Below the pieces are notes generated by a model that saw only the letters and a list, made by a program, of their open reading frames with translations, did not search any database and had not been told where the DNA came from. Source: Cytophagales bacterium (GTDB lineage Bacteria; Bacteroidota; Bacteroidia; Cytophagales; Cyclobacteriaceae). From it: DNA of 31,071 bases. The stretch is from NCBI GenBank assembly GCA_038218385.1, contig JBBRKB010000001.1, positions 1 to 31,071 of the forward strand, given 5' to 3'. Positions 1 to 8,159 of the stretch are shown piece after piece (position 1 is the stretch's first letter; each line of letters opens with the position of its first letter). Both the position numbers and the translations under genes were made by a program.

Positions 1-845
1 CCAGTTGGCAGTATGGCAATTCCTATAACTTTGGCCCTGCTGCCGAGGAGGGTTTGCAAAAAAGCCTGATTGAGGAGATAGGTATTTTCCCTGCAAGTAC
101 TTCCAAAATAGAAAACGCAATATCAACGGGCATCTATAACCTTAACGATTTTAATCGTGATGCCCGCGGACTTGTGGCCATAGAATATCTCATTTTCAAT
201 TTGAATGATGATAATGCAACAGTTGTAAATTCATTCCAGTCGCAAAACAGAAAAAAATATTTAATCGATCTGATCGCAAATATAAAATCACGAACAGACG
301 CGGTAGCTTCTGCGTGGAATGGTGGTTACAAAAATGAATTCATTAATAATGATGGAACAGACGCGGGTTCAAGCACCTCTCACCTGTATAATGAATTTGT
401 ACGAAGCTATGAATTCATTAAAACTTTTAAGATCGGATTGCCACTTGGCAAACTCTCCGGACAAACACAGCCTGAGCCTACCAAGGTTGAAGCATACTAC
501 AGCGGCAAGTCAATAAAAATGTTTAAGACCCATTTCAAATCCATTGAAGACATTTGGTATGGACGCAAAACAGATGGCACTGATGGAATTGGATTCAAGG
601 AATATCTGGAATCAGTTGAAGGCGGTTCCGCTTTGGTGGCAGCTACCGAGGCACAGCTTGCTTCCATTAATATTGCACTTAATGCCGTTTCAGAAACACC
701 AAGGTTTTCTGATCAGCTTCTCACATCACCATTACCAATTGATGCACTCCATATTGAACTCCAAAAGAACACAAGATATTTTAAAAGTGATATGTCATCA
801 TTGCTAGGAATTGCCATTACATTCAGCAGCGGAGACGGAGATTAA
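1..845 (+). CDS. Imelysin-family (IrpA/EfeO-like, peptidase M75 fold) protein, 5' end outside the window
   Basis: The frame is open from position 3 (SWQYGNSYNFGPAAEEGLQK...), so the TTG at 54 is not the true start. The WQ...FGP, FPA...KIE, GLVAIEYLIF, GKLSG and GDGD C-terminal motifs fit imelysin-like proteins. It lies in an operon with a TonB-dependent receptor. Confidence 0.8.
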   Translation, partial: SWQYGNSYNFGPAAEEGLQKSLIEEIGIFPASTSKIENAISTGIYNLNDFNRDARGLVAIEYLIFNLNDDNATVVNSFQSQNRKKYLIDLIANIKSRTDAVASAWNGGYKNEFINNDGTDAGSSTSHLYNEFVRSYEFIKTFKIGLPLGKLSGQTQPEPTKVEAYYSGKSIKMFKTHFKSIEDIWYGRKTDGTDGIGFKEYLESVEGGSALVAATEAQLASINIALNAVSETPRFSDQLLTSPLPIDALHIELQKNTRYFKSDMSSLLGIAITFSSGDGD

Positions 846-854
846 ATAAGCGCT

Positions 855-2231
855 GTGAACAAAATCGATTTTCATCTTAATAGATCTGTAGCTATTGAAC
901 CGTTGGTTACCTTTCGCATCGTCTTTGGTGCGATGATGGTATTCGGTACTGTTCGCTTCATGGCATTGGGATGGATCGATGATCATTACCTCAAGCCAAT
1001 TTTTCATTTTAAATATTTCGGTTTTGAGTGGGTGGATGTTCTACCCGCGTTCTGGATGTATACTTTGCATTTCGTGATGATCGTGGCTGCGATAGGTGTA
1101 ATGTTTGGTTTTTTCTACCGCCTTTGTGCCATTTTACTTTTCGTTATATTCACCTATACCGAACTGATTGATCTAACCTATTATCTCAATCATTATTATT
1201 TCGTCAGCATTGCCTGCGCCATAATGATCATCGTTCCGGCAAACCGTTATTTTTCTTTGGATGTATTACGAAAACCGGAGTTGGTTTCTAAAACGGTTCC
1301 TGCCTGGACAATCCTTCTGTTCAAATTCCAGCTGGTGATAGTGTATACCTATGCAGGTCTGGCGAAGATGAATTATGAGTGGCTAATTAACGCAATGCCA
1401 TTAAAGATCTGGCTGCCCGCCAATGATAAATTACCGCTCATAGGTTGGATACTTGCATTGCCTTTCATGCCTTATGTGTTTAGCTGGATCGGAATGATGT
1501 ATGATTCAACAATCATATTCTGGCTGTCAAATAAGAAAACAAGATTGTGGGCTTATGTGTTAGTCATACTTTTTCACATCCTTACGGGAATGATGTTTCA
1601 GATCGGAGTTTTTCCGCTGGTGATGATCGGCGCTACGCTTATTTTCTTTTCAGAAGAATGGCACAAAAGACTTATTACTTATTTGCGTTTGATTTTCCAG
1701 AAACTATTTGGCCGTGCAGACGAACCTGTGATGCAACACAGTATAGAATCATTTAACGCTGAGTCATTAAAGCTTTACACTCATCCGGCGATAAAATATG
1801 TGCTAGCCGTTTATATAGCTTTTCAAATTCTTTTCCCGTTACGCTATGTATTGTATCCCGGCAATCTGTTTTGGGGAGAGGAGGGTTACCGCTTTTCATG
1901 GAGGGTAATGTTAATGGAAAAGGCAGGCACCGCTACTTTTTATGTAAGAGATACGAATACCAACAGGGAAGGCATGGTAGTAAATAGTGAATTTTTAAAC
2001 CCACATCAGGAAAAGCAAATGGCCATGCAACCTGATATGATCTTACAGTTCGCGCACTTTTTAAAGAACTTTTATAAAGAACATGGTGTGCATGATCCGG
2101 AGGTACGAGCCGCAGTGTATGTCACCTTAAATGCCAGGCCTAGTGAACTGCTCATTGATCCCAACGTCAATCTGGTAAGCTTACAAGATGATTGGAAACC
2201 TAAAGACTGGATTTTTCCCTATCAAGAATGA
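855..2231 (+). CDS. HTTM-domain / vitamin K-dependent gamma-carboxylase-like membrane protein
   Basis: Multi-TM protein of 458 aa with FRIVFG, YLNHYY, YTYAGLAKMNYEWL, GYRFSWRVML and QPDMILQFAHFL motifs. GTG start 9 nt after the imelysin stop. Confidence 0.88.
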   Translation: MNKIDFHLNRSVAIEPLVTFRIVFGAMMVFGTVRFMALGWIDDHYLKPIFHFKYFGFEWVDVLPAFWMYTLHFVMIVAAIGVMFGFFYRLCAILLFVIFTYTELIDLTYYLNHYYFVSIACAIMIIVPANRYFSLDVLRKPELVSKTVPAWTILLFKFQLVIVYTYAGLAKMNYEWLINAMPLKIWLPANDKLPLIGWILALPFMPYVFSWIGMMYDSTIIFWLSNKKTRLWAYVLVILFHILTGMMFQIGVFPLVMIGATLIFFSEEWHKRLITYLRLIFQKLFGRADEPVMQHSIESFNAESLKLYTHPAIKYVLAVYIAFQILFPLRYVLYPGNLFWGEEGYRFSWRVMLMEKAGTATFYVRDTNTNREGMVVNSEFLNPHQEKQMAMQPDMILQFAHFLKNFYKEHGVHDPEVRAAVYVTLNARPSELLIDPNVNLVSLQDDWKPKDWIFPYQE

Positions 2232-4654
2232 ATGTACTTAAAACGATATTTATTTTTTTTCTCATGCTGCATTGCATTGTTGTTTTCAGTCAGCGCGCAA
2301 TGATTAAAGGTGTTGTTAACGATGACAAAGGAATGCCAATTCCTATGGCTACGGTTGCCTTGAAGAATACTACCTATGTAACTGAAACTTCTGAAAAAGG
2401 TGAGTATGAGTTAAAAGGAATCCCGGAAGGAAATTATACCATCGTGGCTTTATCTTTAGATAGAGCATTGACCCAACAGGAAATAATTGTTGATGAGAAT
2501 ATTGTGATTATCAATTTTACATTGCGTGAAGCAAGTAAAGTTTTGGATGAAATTGTAGTGGAAGCTACTGAAGAGAAGACACTCGGAATTTCACGACTGA
2601 ATGCAATTGATAATTTTGGTGTATATGAAGGAAAGAAAACCGAGGTTATAGTGCTTCGGGATATTACAGCAAACACCGCAACCAATAACGCGCGCCAGAT
2701 ATATTCAAAAATTACTGGCTTAAATATTTGGGGGAGTGATGGCGCAGGCATACAACTGGGAATAGGTGGAAGAGGACTGAGCCCAAACAGGACTTCTAAT
2801 TTCAATACACGCCAAAATGGTTACGACATAAGCGCAGATGCTTTAGGCTATCCGGAAAGTTATTACACGCCTCCCGCTGAGGCGTTAGAAAAAATTGAGA
2901 TCATTCGCGGAGCGGCTTCTTTGCAATATGGAACACAGTTTGGAGGTCTTCTAAATTTCAAATTAAAAAAGGGACCATCAACGAAGAAAGTTGAATTGAC
3001 CTCAAGACAAACAATAGGTTCATGGGGATTTTATGGCACCTTCAATAGTCTGGGCGGTACGGTAGCAAAAGGAAAACTGAATTATTACACTTGTTATAAT
3101 TATAAAACGGGTAACGGCTATCGCAAAAATTCTGAGTTTGATTATCACAATGCTTATGCCTCTGTCAATTATCAAATTACCCCTGATTTACTAGTGAATG
3201 TTGACGTTACAAAAATGTATTACCTGGCACATCAGCCGGGTGGTTTGACAGACCGGTTATTTGATCAGGATCCGAAACAATCTTTAAGAAACAGGAATTG
3301 GTTTAAAGTAGACTGGAATCTTTTCGCGGTCAATCTGACCTATAAGTTTTCTAGCGCAACGCAGATTAACATCCGTAATTTCGGATTAGTTGCCAGCCGT
3401 CAATCGCTTGGAAATCTTGAGCGGATTACTGTTGCTGATTTTGGCGAAGACCGCACACTGATCGGTGGTAAGTTTCAGAATTTCGGTCATGAAACAAGAC
3501 TGGTGCATCGTTACAATCTTTTCAAAAAGCAACATGCATTTGTTGCTGGGTTCAGAATATACAGAGGCACTTCCTATGCAAAACAAGGGAACGGAAATAA
3601 TGGAACTGGCCCTGACTTCTATTTTCTACATCCCGAAGATCTGGAAAATTCTGATTATAAATTTCCGAATGAAAACTATGCTGGTTTTATTGAAAATATT
3701 TTTCATCTCAGTAGGAAGCTTAGCATTACCCCGGGATTGAGGTTTGAAAGTATTAGAACTTATTCAACGGGCTATTACAAACAAGTAGTGTATGATCAGG
3801 CTGGCAATGTTGTGGTAAGTAATACCGTGCCCGAAGAGCAATCACGAAAAAGAAGTTTTTTATTTGGTGGCATAGGCGCTAGCTATAAGCACTCTGAAAA
3901 CACAGAAATGTATGCTAACATTTCGCAGAATTATCGAGCCATAAATTTTACTGATCTGAGGATCGCGAATCCGAACTTTGTTGTCGATCCAAATATTCAG
4001 GATGAAAAAGGATACACAGCGGATTTGGGTATCAGGGGAAACATAAAGGATGTACTCAAGTATGAAGCGACTTTATTTTATCTGGCTTACAAGGGAAGGA
4101 TTGGCCAAGTGTTGAGAACCGATACAATTTTATATAATGATTATCGTTTTCGTGGAAATATTTCTGATGCCCGAAATATAGGAATTGAGTCGTTTGGCGA
4201 ATTAGTCATTAGTAAATTATTGAACCCATCCTATGAATGGACATGGTCGTTATTCGTTAATGCAGCAATTATTGATGCAAAATATGTTAATTCACAAGAT
4301 GCTTCCATTAGAAACAAGAAAGTTGAAATGGTGCCTCCTTTGATGTTAAGAACAGGATCGACATTTCGATATAAAAGTTTTTCGTCAACTCTACAGTTCT
4401 CTCACATAGCAAAGCATTTTTCAGACGCCTCCAATGCGAAGCGGACCGCCACAGCGGTTGAAGGACTTATCCCTTCCTACAACGTAGTAGATCTTTCCTT
4501 ACGTTATCAGTGGAAAATTCTCACCCTTGAAGCAAGTTGCAATAATCTGTTGAATGAAAAATATTTTACCAGACGCGCTGAAAGCTATCCGGGCCCGGGA
4601 ATTATTCCTTCTGATGGAAGAGGCTTTTATGTAACACTTCAGTTAAAATTGTAA
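2228..4654 (+). CDS. TonB-dependent receptor (FecA-like) with N-terminal carboxypeptidase-regulatory-like domain
   Basis: Signal peptide (VVFS|Q); IKGVVNDDKGMPIPMATV N-domain; plug motifs RQNGYDI and IEIIRGAASLQYG; beta-barrel end CNNLLNEKY...GRGFYVTLQLKL. ATGA overlap with the HTTM gene. Confidence 0.92.
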   Translation: MNVLKTIFIFFLMLHCIVVFSQRAMIKGVVNDDKGMPIPMATVALKNTTYVTETSEKGEYELKGIPEGNYTIVALSLDRALTQQEIIVDENIVIINFTLREASKVLDEIVVEATEEKTLGISRLNAIDNFGVYEGKKTEVIVLRDITANTATNNARQIYSKITGLNIWGSDGAGIQLGIGGRGLSPNRTSNFNTRQNGYDISADALGYPESYYTPPAEALEKIEIIRGAASLQYGTQFGGLLNFKLKKGPSTKKVELTSRQTIGSWGFYGTFNSLGGTVAKGKLNYYTCYNYKTGNGYRKNSEFDYHNAYASVNYQITPDLLVNVDVTKMYYLAHQPGGLTDRLFDQDPKQSLRNRNWFKVDWNLFAVNLTYKFSSATQINIRNFGLVASRQSLGNLERITVADFGEDRTLIGGKFQNFGHETRLVHRYNLFKKQHAFVAGFRIYRGTSYAKQGNGNNGTGPDFYFLHPEDLENSDYKFPNENYAGFIENIFHLSRKLSITPGLRFESIRTYSTGYYKQVVYDQAGNVVVSNTVPEEQSRKRSFLFGGIGASYKHSENTEMYANISQNYRAINFTDLRIANPNFVVDPNIQDEKGYTADLGIRGNIKDVLKYEATLFYLAYKGRIGQVLRTDTILYNDYRFRGNISDARNIGIESFGELVISKLLNPSYEWTWSLFVNAAIIDAKYVNSQDASIRNKKVEMVPPLMLRTGSTFRYKSFSSTLQFSHIAKHFSDASNAKRTATAVEGLIPSYNVVDLSLRYQWKILTLEASCNNLLNEKYFTRRAESYPGPGIIPSDGRGFYVTLQLKL

Positions 4655-4673
4655 ACTCACTGTCTTGCTTTCA

Positions 4674-5300
4674 TCAAACCAAATACTCACGCACTTTCAA
4701 CCTTATAAAATCCTGAACACCTTTCCATGTTTGCTTTTTTAAGCTAATAGGATCTTCACTTTCATCAGCATCGGCAAAGTATGTGATGGCCTGGGGTACC
4801 GTTACAAATAAATTTTGACTGCTGTACTTTTCTTTATGAAATTTTATAAAATCAGAAACCGGATAATGGTTTAACAATTCGGCTACATCCCAGAAGTCTT
4901 TCTTTCTTCCCCTACCCAAAATGGCCTGAACCTTCATGGCAACAATGTCTTCAGTTGAAAACATTCGGATTCCTTCCATGTTCTTCTCTTGTCTGATAAG
5001 CGGATGTGGATGTTTCACCAAATCAACTTTTACATCATCGAGAAAACAAAATATACCAAAATGTGGAGGCTTATCTTCCATGATGAATTTATCTCCAAAT
5101 TCGCTCCTTAATGTATCCGTAATCATCTCATTCTTGAAGGGCTTATTCGAAAATAAATCCAGGTCAATTGATTTTCTGTGGCCATACAATAGGGACAACG
5201 CAGTGCCGCCAACTAAAGAAAATTCCTTTAGCTCTGGCATGGCCATAAGTTTTTCTAGTACGGAAAAAGTGTTGGGTTCGACTGTCTCAATGTGTAGCAT
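4674..5300 (-). CDS. AbiEii/AbiGii-family nucleotidyltransferase (type IV TA toxin-like)
   Basis: LVGGTALSLLYGHRKSIDLDLF nucleotidyltransferase motif and K-x-x-A...R...KDFWD C-terminal motif. Confidence 0.9.
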   Translation of the reverse strand: MLHIETVEPNTFSVLEKLMAMPELKEFSLVGGTALSLLYGHRKSIDLDLFSNKPFKNEMITDTLRSEFGDKFIMEDKPPHFGIFCFLDDVKVDLVKHPHPLIRQEKNMEGIRMFSTEDIVAMKVQAILGRGRKKDFWDVAELLNHYPVSDFIKFHKEKYSSQNLFVTVPQAITYFADADESEDPISLKKQTWKGVQDFIRLKVREYLV

Positions 5301-5557
5301 CTGAAGTCTTTTAAAGGTCTGTCAATAACGGCACTTGCTAAATACATTCTGGTCTCGGGTAAAAATTTAGCATTCAGCAAAACTTCCCTTACTTTCTCAT
5401 CACCGTAATACCTTCGGCAATTACGAATATCATCTACATCACCGCGTTCAAATACCCGTTCGATGACAAAGTTCGCCTTTGCATCGTAGTCAATATTTTC
5501 AAAGACCACATCCCAGAAAATACGTTTATGAAAAATTGGTTTTGGCTTATCTGACAT
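5255..5557 (-). CDS. DUF6922-like protein, putative antitoxin partner of the AbiEii gene
   Basis: IFWDV...FVIERVFERGD...YYG pattern, 100 aa. It sits directly upstream of the AbiEii gene and overlaps it by 46 nt. Confidence 0.8.
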   Translation of the reverse strand: MSDKPKPIFHKRIFWDVVFENIDYDAKANFVIERVFERGDVDDIRNCRRYYGDEKVREVLLNAKFLPETRMYLASAVIDRPLKDFRCYTLRQSNPTLFPY

Positions 5558-5561
5558 ACAA

Positions 5562-5569
5562 CAAAGATA
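5562..5569 (-). promoter_or_regulatory. Bacteroidota -7 promoter element (TATCTTTG) for the DUF6922-AbiEii pair
   Basis: Exact TAnnTTTG match on the minus strand, ending 4 nt before the ATG at 5557. No well-spaced -33 TTTG seen. Confidence 0.55.
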
Positions 5570-5615
5570 CAGGAACCAATTTCGTTTTACCGCTAATCAA
5601 CAAACAAATACGTTT

Positions 5616-5682
5616 CCCCTCTCCTTTTTTTTGGAGAGGGGCGCACACATTTTCAACTAGCAGACAAGTGGCCGGGGTGAGG
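5616..5682. repeat. REP-like GC-rich palindromic element (CCCCTCTCC-T8-GGAGAGGGG ... GCCGGGGTGAGG)
   Basis: Perfect 9-bp inverted repeat at 5616-5624/5633-5641 with a T8 loop, followed by GGGGTGAGG at 5674-5682. It is GC-rich within an AT-rich intergenic region. Confidence 0.6.
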
Positions 5683-5728
5683 CTTAAGACAAGCAACCCT
5701 CCTTTACAACTTTTGCCCGTGTATTTGT

Positions 5729-5736
5729 TATCTTGC
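5729..5736 (+). promoter_or_regulatory. Possible -7 variant (TATCTTGC) upstream of the acyl-CoA dehydrogenase
   Basis: TAnnTTGC variant 28 nt before the ATG at 5765. A similar variant precedes the second TA pair. Confidence 0.35.
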
Positions 5737-5764
5737 ATTTACCTAAACGTTTTAAAATATTCAC

Positions 5765-6904
5765 ATGAACTTTCAACTGACCGAAGAACAACTGGCAGTG
5801 CAGCAAGCAGCGAGGGATTTTGCCCAAGCTGAATTATTGCCCGGCGTAATTGAGCGTGACACTCATCAGAAATTTCCCAAAGAACAAATCAAAAAGATGG
5901 GAGAACTTGGTTTCATGGGGATGATGGTCGATCCGAAATATAATGGTGGCGGAATGGATACCATTTCGTATGTGCTGGCCATGGAAGAAATTTCCAAGAT
6001 TGATGCCTCTGCATCGGTGTGTATGTCGGTTAATAATTCACTTGTCTGTTGGGGTCTGGAGAAACATGGCAGTGAAGAACAGAAAGAAAAATATTTAAAG
6101 CGCCTGGCCACCGGTGAAATCATCGGTGCGTTTTGTCTCTCTGAACCGGAGGCGGGCTCCGATGCCACTAGTCAACATACAACTGCTGAAGATAAAGGCG
6201 ATTACTATTTATTGAACGGCACAAAAAACTGGATAACCAATGGCAACAGCGCAAGTGTATATTTGGTGATTGCACAAACAGACGCATCAAAAAAACATAA
6301 AGGCATAAATGCATTGATTGTAGAAAAGGAAATGCCGGGTTTTGTTGTTGGGAAGAAAGAAGACAAGATGGGCATTCGCGGGTCAGACACACACTCGTTA
6401 ATGTTCACCGATGTAAAAGTTCCGAAGGCCAACCGCATAGGTGAAGACGGCTTCGGTTTTACGTTTGCCATGAACACATTAAATGGCGGCCGTATTGGTA
6501 TTGCCTCACAAGCGTTGGGAATTTCTGCCGGTGCCTACGAGTTGGCCTTGAAATATGCGAAAGAAAGAAAAGCCTTCGGGAAAACTTTGTCGGAACATCA
6601 GGCGATACAATTCAAGCTTGCCGAGATGGCCACACAGATTGATGCTGCAAGACTTTTAGTCTGGCAAGCCGCTTCATTAAAAGATCAGAACAAAGACTTC
6701 GTAAAAGCAGCAGCGATGGCAAAATTATTTGCTTCTGAAATTGCCCAATCCGTAACAACGGAGGCGGTGCAAATTCACGGAGGCTATGGTTATGTAAAAG
6801 AGTACCATGTTGAACGACTCATGCGCGATGCTAAAATTACGCAGATCTATGAAGGCACTTCGGAGATCCAGCGGATGGTAATCTCTCGGGAAATAATCAG
6901 GTAA
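5765..6904 (+). CDS. Acyl-CoA dehydrogenase (short/branched-chain, butyryl-CoA dehydrogenase-like)
   Basis: GAFCLSEPEAGSDA, LNGTKNWITN, GGRIGIASQALG, QIHGGYGY and IYEGTSEIQ (catalytic Glu) motifs. Confidence 0.96.
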   Translation: MNFQLTEEQLAVQQAARDFAQAELLPGVIERDTHQKFPKEQIKKMGELGFMGMMVDPKYNGGGMDTISYVLAMEEISKIDASASVCMSVNNSLVCWGLEKHGSEEQKEKYLKRLATGEIIGAFCLSEPEAGSDATSQHTTAEDKGDYYLLNGTKNWITNGNSASVYLVIAQTDASKKHKGINALIVEKEMPGFVVGKKEDKMGIRGSDTHSLMFTDVKVPKANRIGEDGFGFTFAMNTLNGGRIGIASQALGISAGAYELALKYAKERKAFGKTLSEHQAIQFKLAEMATQIDAARLLVWQAASLKDQNKDFVKAAAMAKLFASEIAQSVTTEAVQIHGGYGYVKEYHVERLMRDAKITQIYEGTSEIQRMVISREIIR

Positions 6905-6910
6905 CAATAA

Positions 6911-6960
6911 AAAATGACGAAGGCAAAATGACGCCTGCCTGCCGCAGGCAGGAATGACAA
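6911..6960. repeat. Palindrome CCTGCCTGCCGCAGGCAGG embedded in AATGAC repeats; may act as a bidirectional terminator between convergent genes
   Basis: 9-bp inverted repeat around a single central C at 6934-6952. AATGAC occurs at 6913, 6927 and 6953. Confidence 0.65.
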
Positions 6961-7008
6961 ATTAATGGTAGCTCTATAATTCATTATGTAAACTTTGAAA
7001 GGTTGCTA

Positions 7009-7767
7009 TTACTTCGAAACGTTTTGGTTCCACTCGTAAAGTTTCTCTGAAACTTCAATTAAAAACTCCGGTGTTTTCTCAAGGGCATTGCCAATCACGA
7101 TCATATCAGCTCCCGCTTCAAGTGCGGCTATGGCTTTGCGTGAAGTGTTTAATCCTCCACCAACTATAAGGGGAACTTTCACTGCTTTACGAACAGCACT
7201 GATCATCTTCTGACTAATGGCCACATCTGCACCACTGCCAGCGTCCATGTAAATAGATTGCAAGCCTAGCATCTCACCAGCCATGGCGGTACAAGCAGCA
7301 AGCGAATACTTATCGTCTGGAATAGGAGTAGTGTTACTAATGTAAGCAACTGATGTGGTGCGACCCGAATTAATCAACATGTATCCCGTTGGGATAACTT
7401 CAAGTCGTGTATTTCTAATGATGGGTGCAGCGATTACATGTTGACCTATCAACAATTCAGGATTTCTTCCTGAGATCAAAGACAAGAACAATAACGCATC
7501 TGCACTGGAATCAATTTGAATGGAATTGCCAGGGAACAACACAACTGGTATAGAAACATTTTCCTTAATGTATTTGACAACCTCAGAAAGATTTGTGGTG
7601 GTCACCAAACTTCCGCCTACAAAAAAGAAGTCAACACAATTTTCGTTCGCCAAATTAATCAGCTGATGAAGCTTGGGGACATCATCAATCTTATCCGGAT
7701 CAACCAATACGGCAATCGATTTTTTCCCCGCCTGTCTTCGCTGTTGTAAGGTTTCAAGAATGGTCAT
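7009..7767 (-). CDS. Geranylgeranylglyceryl/heptaprenylglyceryl phosphate synthase (group II, PcrB/GGGPS family)
   Basis: VLVDPDK, FFVGGS, LFPG, SLISGRNPELLIGQH, IPTGYMLI, YMDAGSGA and VGGG TIM-barrel motifs; 252 aa. Confidence 0.93.
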   Translation of the reverse strand: MTILETLQQRRQAGKKSIAVLVDPDKIDDVPKLHQLINLANENCVDFFFVGGSLVTTTNLSEVVKYIKENVSIPVVLFPGNSIQIDSSADALLFLSLISGRNPELLIGQHVIAAPIIRNTRLEVIPTGYMLINSGRTTSVAYISNTTPIPDDKYSLAACTAMAGEMLGLQSIYMDAGSGADVAISQKMISAVRKAVKVPLIVGGGLNTSRKAIAALEAGADMIVIGNALEKTPEFLIEVSEKLYEWNQNVSK

Positions 7768-8158
7768 CCGTTCGCGTTTGCGTTGCTTGTTGTTCGAGGT
7801 ACTCCATCAATTTTTCTTTTGCCAAACTTAAAAGAAATGTTGTTGCCTGGCTTATCACCATGGCACCAATACCCGCGAAGGCTTCTGAAAAAAGTGATAC
7901 GTGTTGTTCATCAGACGGTTCTTCCGAAACATACGATGCTTTTGTATTTCTCTTTTTGTTCTTTCCTTTTGATTTCTTTCCAAGTTGCGTTACCAATAGA
8001 TACGTTACCACTAACGCACCGCCAATGATGGCCGTGTTGGTTAAGATTTTCTCTGTTCTTTTTGAGAACAGCTCGACCTCATCCTCAAGGGCAGCCCGCT
8101 GAGCAGCTGATCGCTTGAGTAATTTTCCTTTCGGGTCTTCTGATTCCAGTAGTTCCAT
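7754..8158 (-). CDS. Conserved hypothetical membrane-anchored protein (YqjK-like position in the operon)
   Basis: 134 aa with an N-terminal helical region, one hydrophobic segment (TAIIGGALVVTYLLV) and a basic tail. It abuts the upstream gene (1 nt gap) and overlaps the GGGPS gene by 14 nt. Confidence 0.7.
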   Translation of the reverse strand: MELLESEDPKGKLLKRSAAQRAALEDEVELFSKRTEKILTNTAIIGGALVVTYLLVTQLGKKSKGKNKKRNTKASYVSEEPSDEQHVSLFSEAFAGIGAMVISQATTFLLSLAKEKLMEYLEQQATQTRTDDHS

Positions 8159-8159
8159 G

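Noticed and set aside
2434-2805. 123-aa antisense ORF inside the TonB receptor, and similar shadow ORFs (4936-5304, 8862-9191, 13436-13798, 20342-20686 and others)
   Set aside because: They lie within strongly supported genes, have no recognisable motifs and are expected as by-products of codon bias on the opposite strand or in alternative frames.
5479-5832. ORFs spanning the TA/acyl-CoA dehydrogenase intergenic region (5479-5832 +, 5547-5738 -)
   Set aside because: They overlap real genes, promoter elements and the REP-like hairpin, and their sequences are not protein-like.
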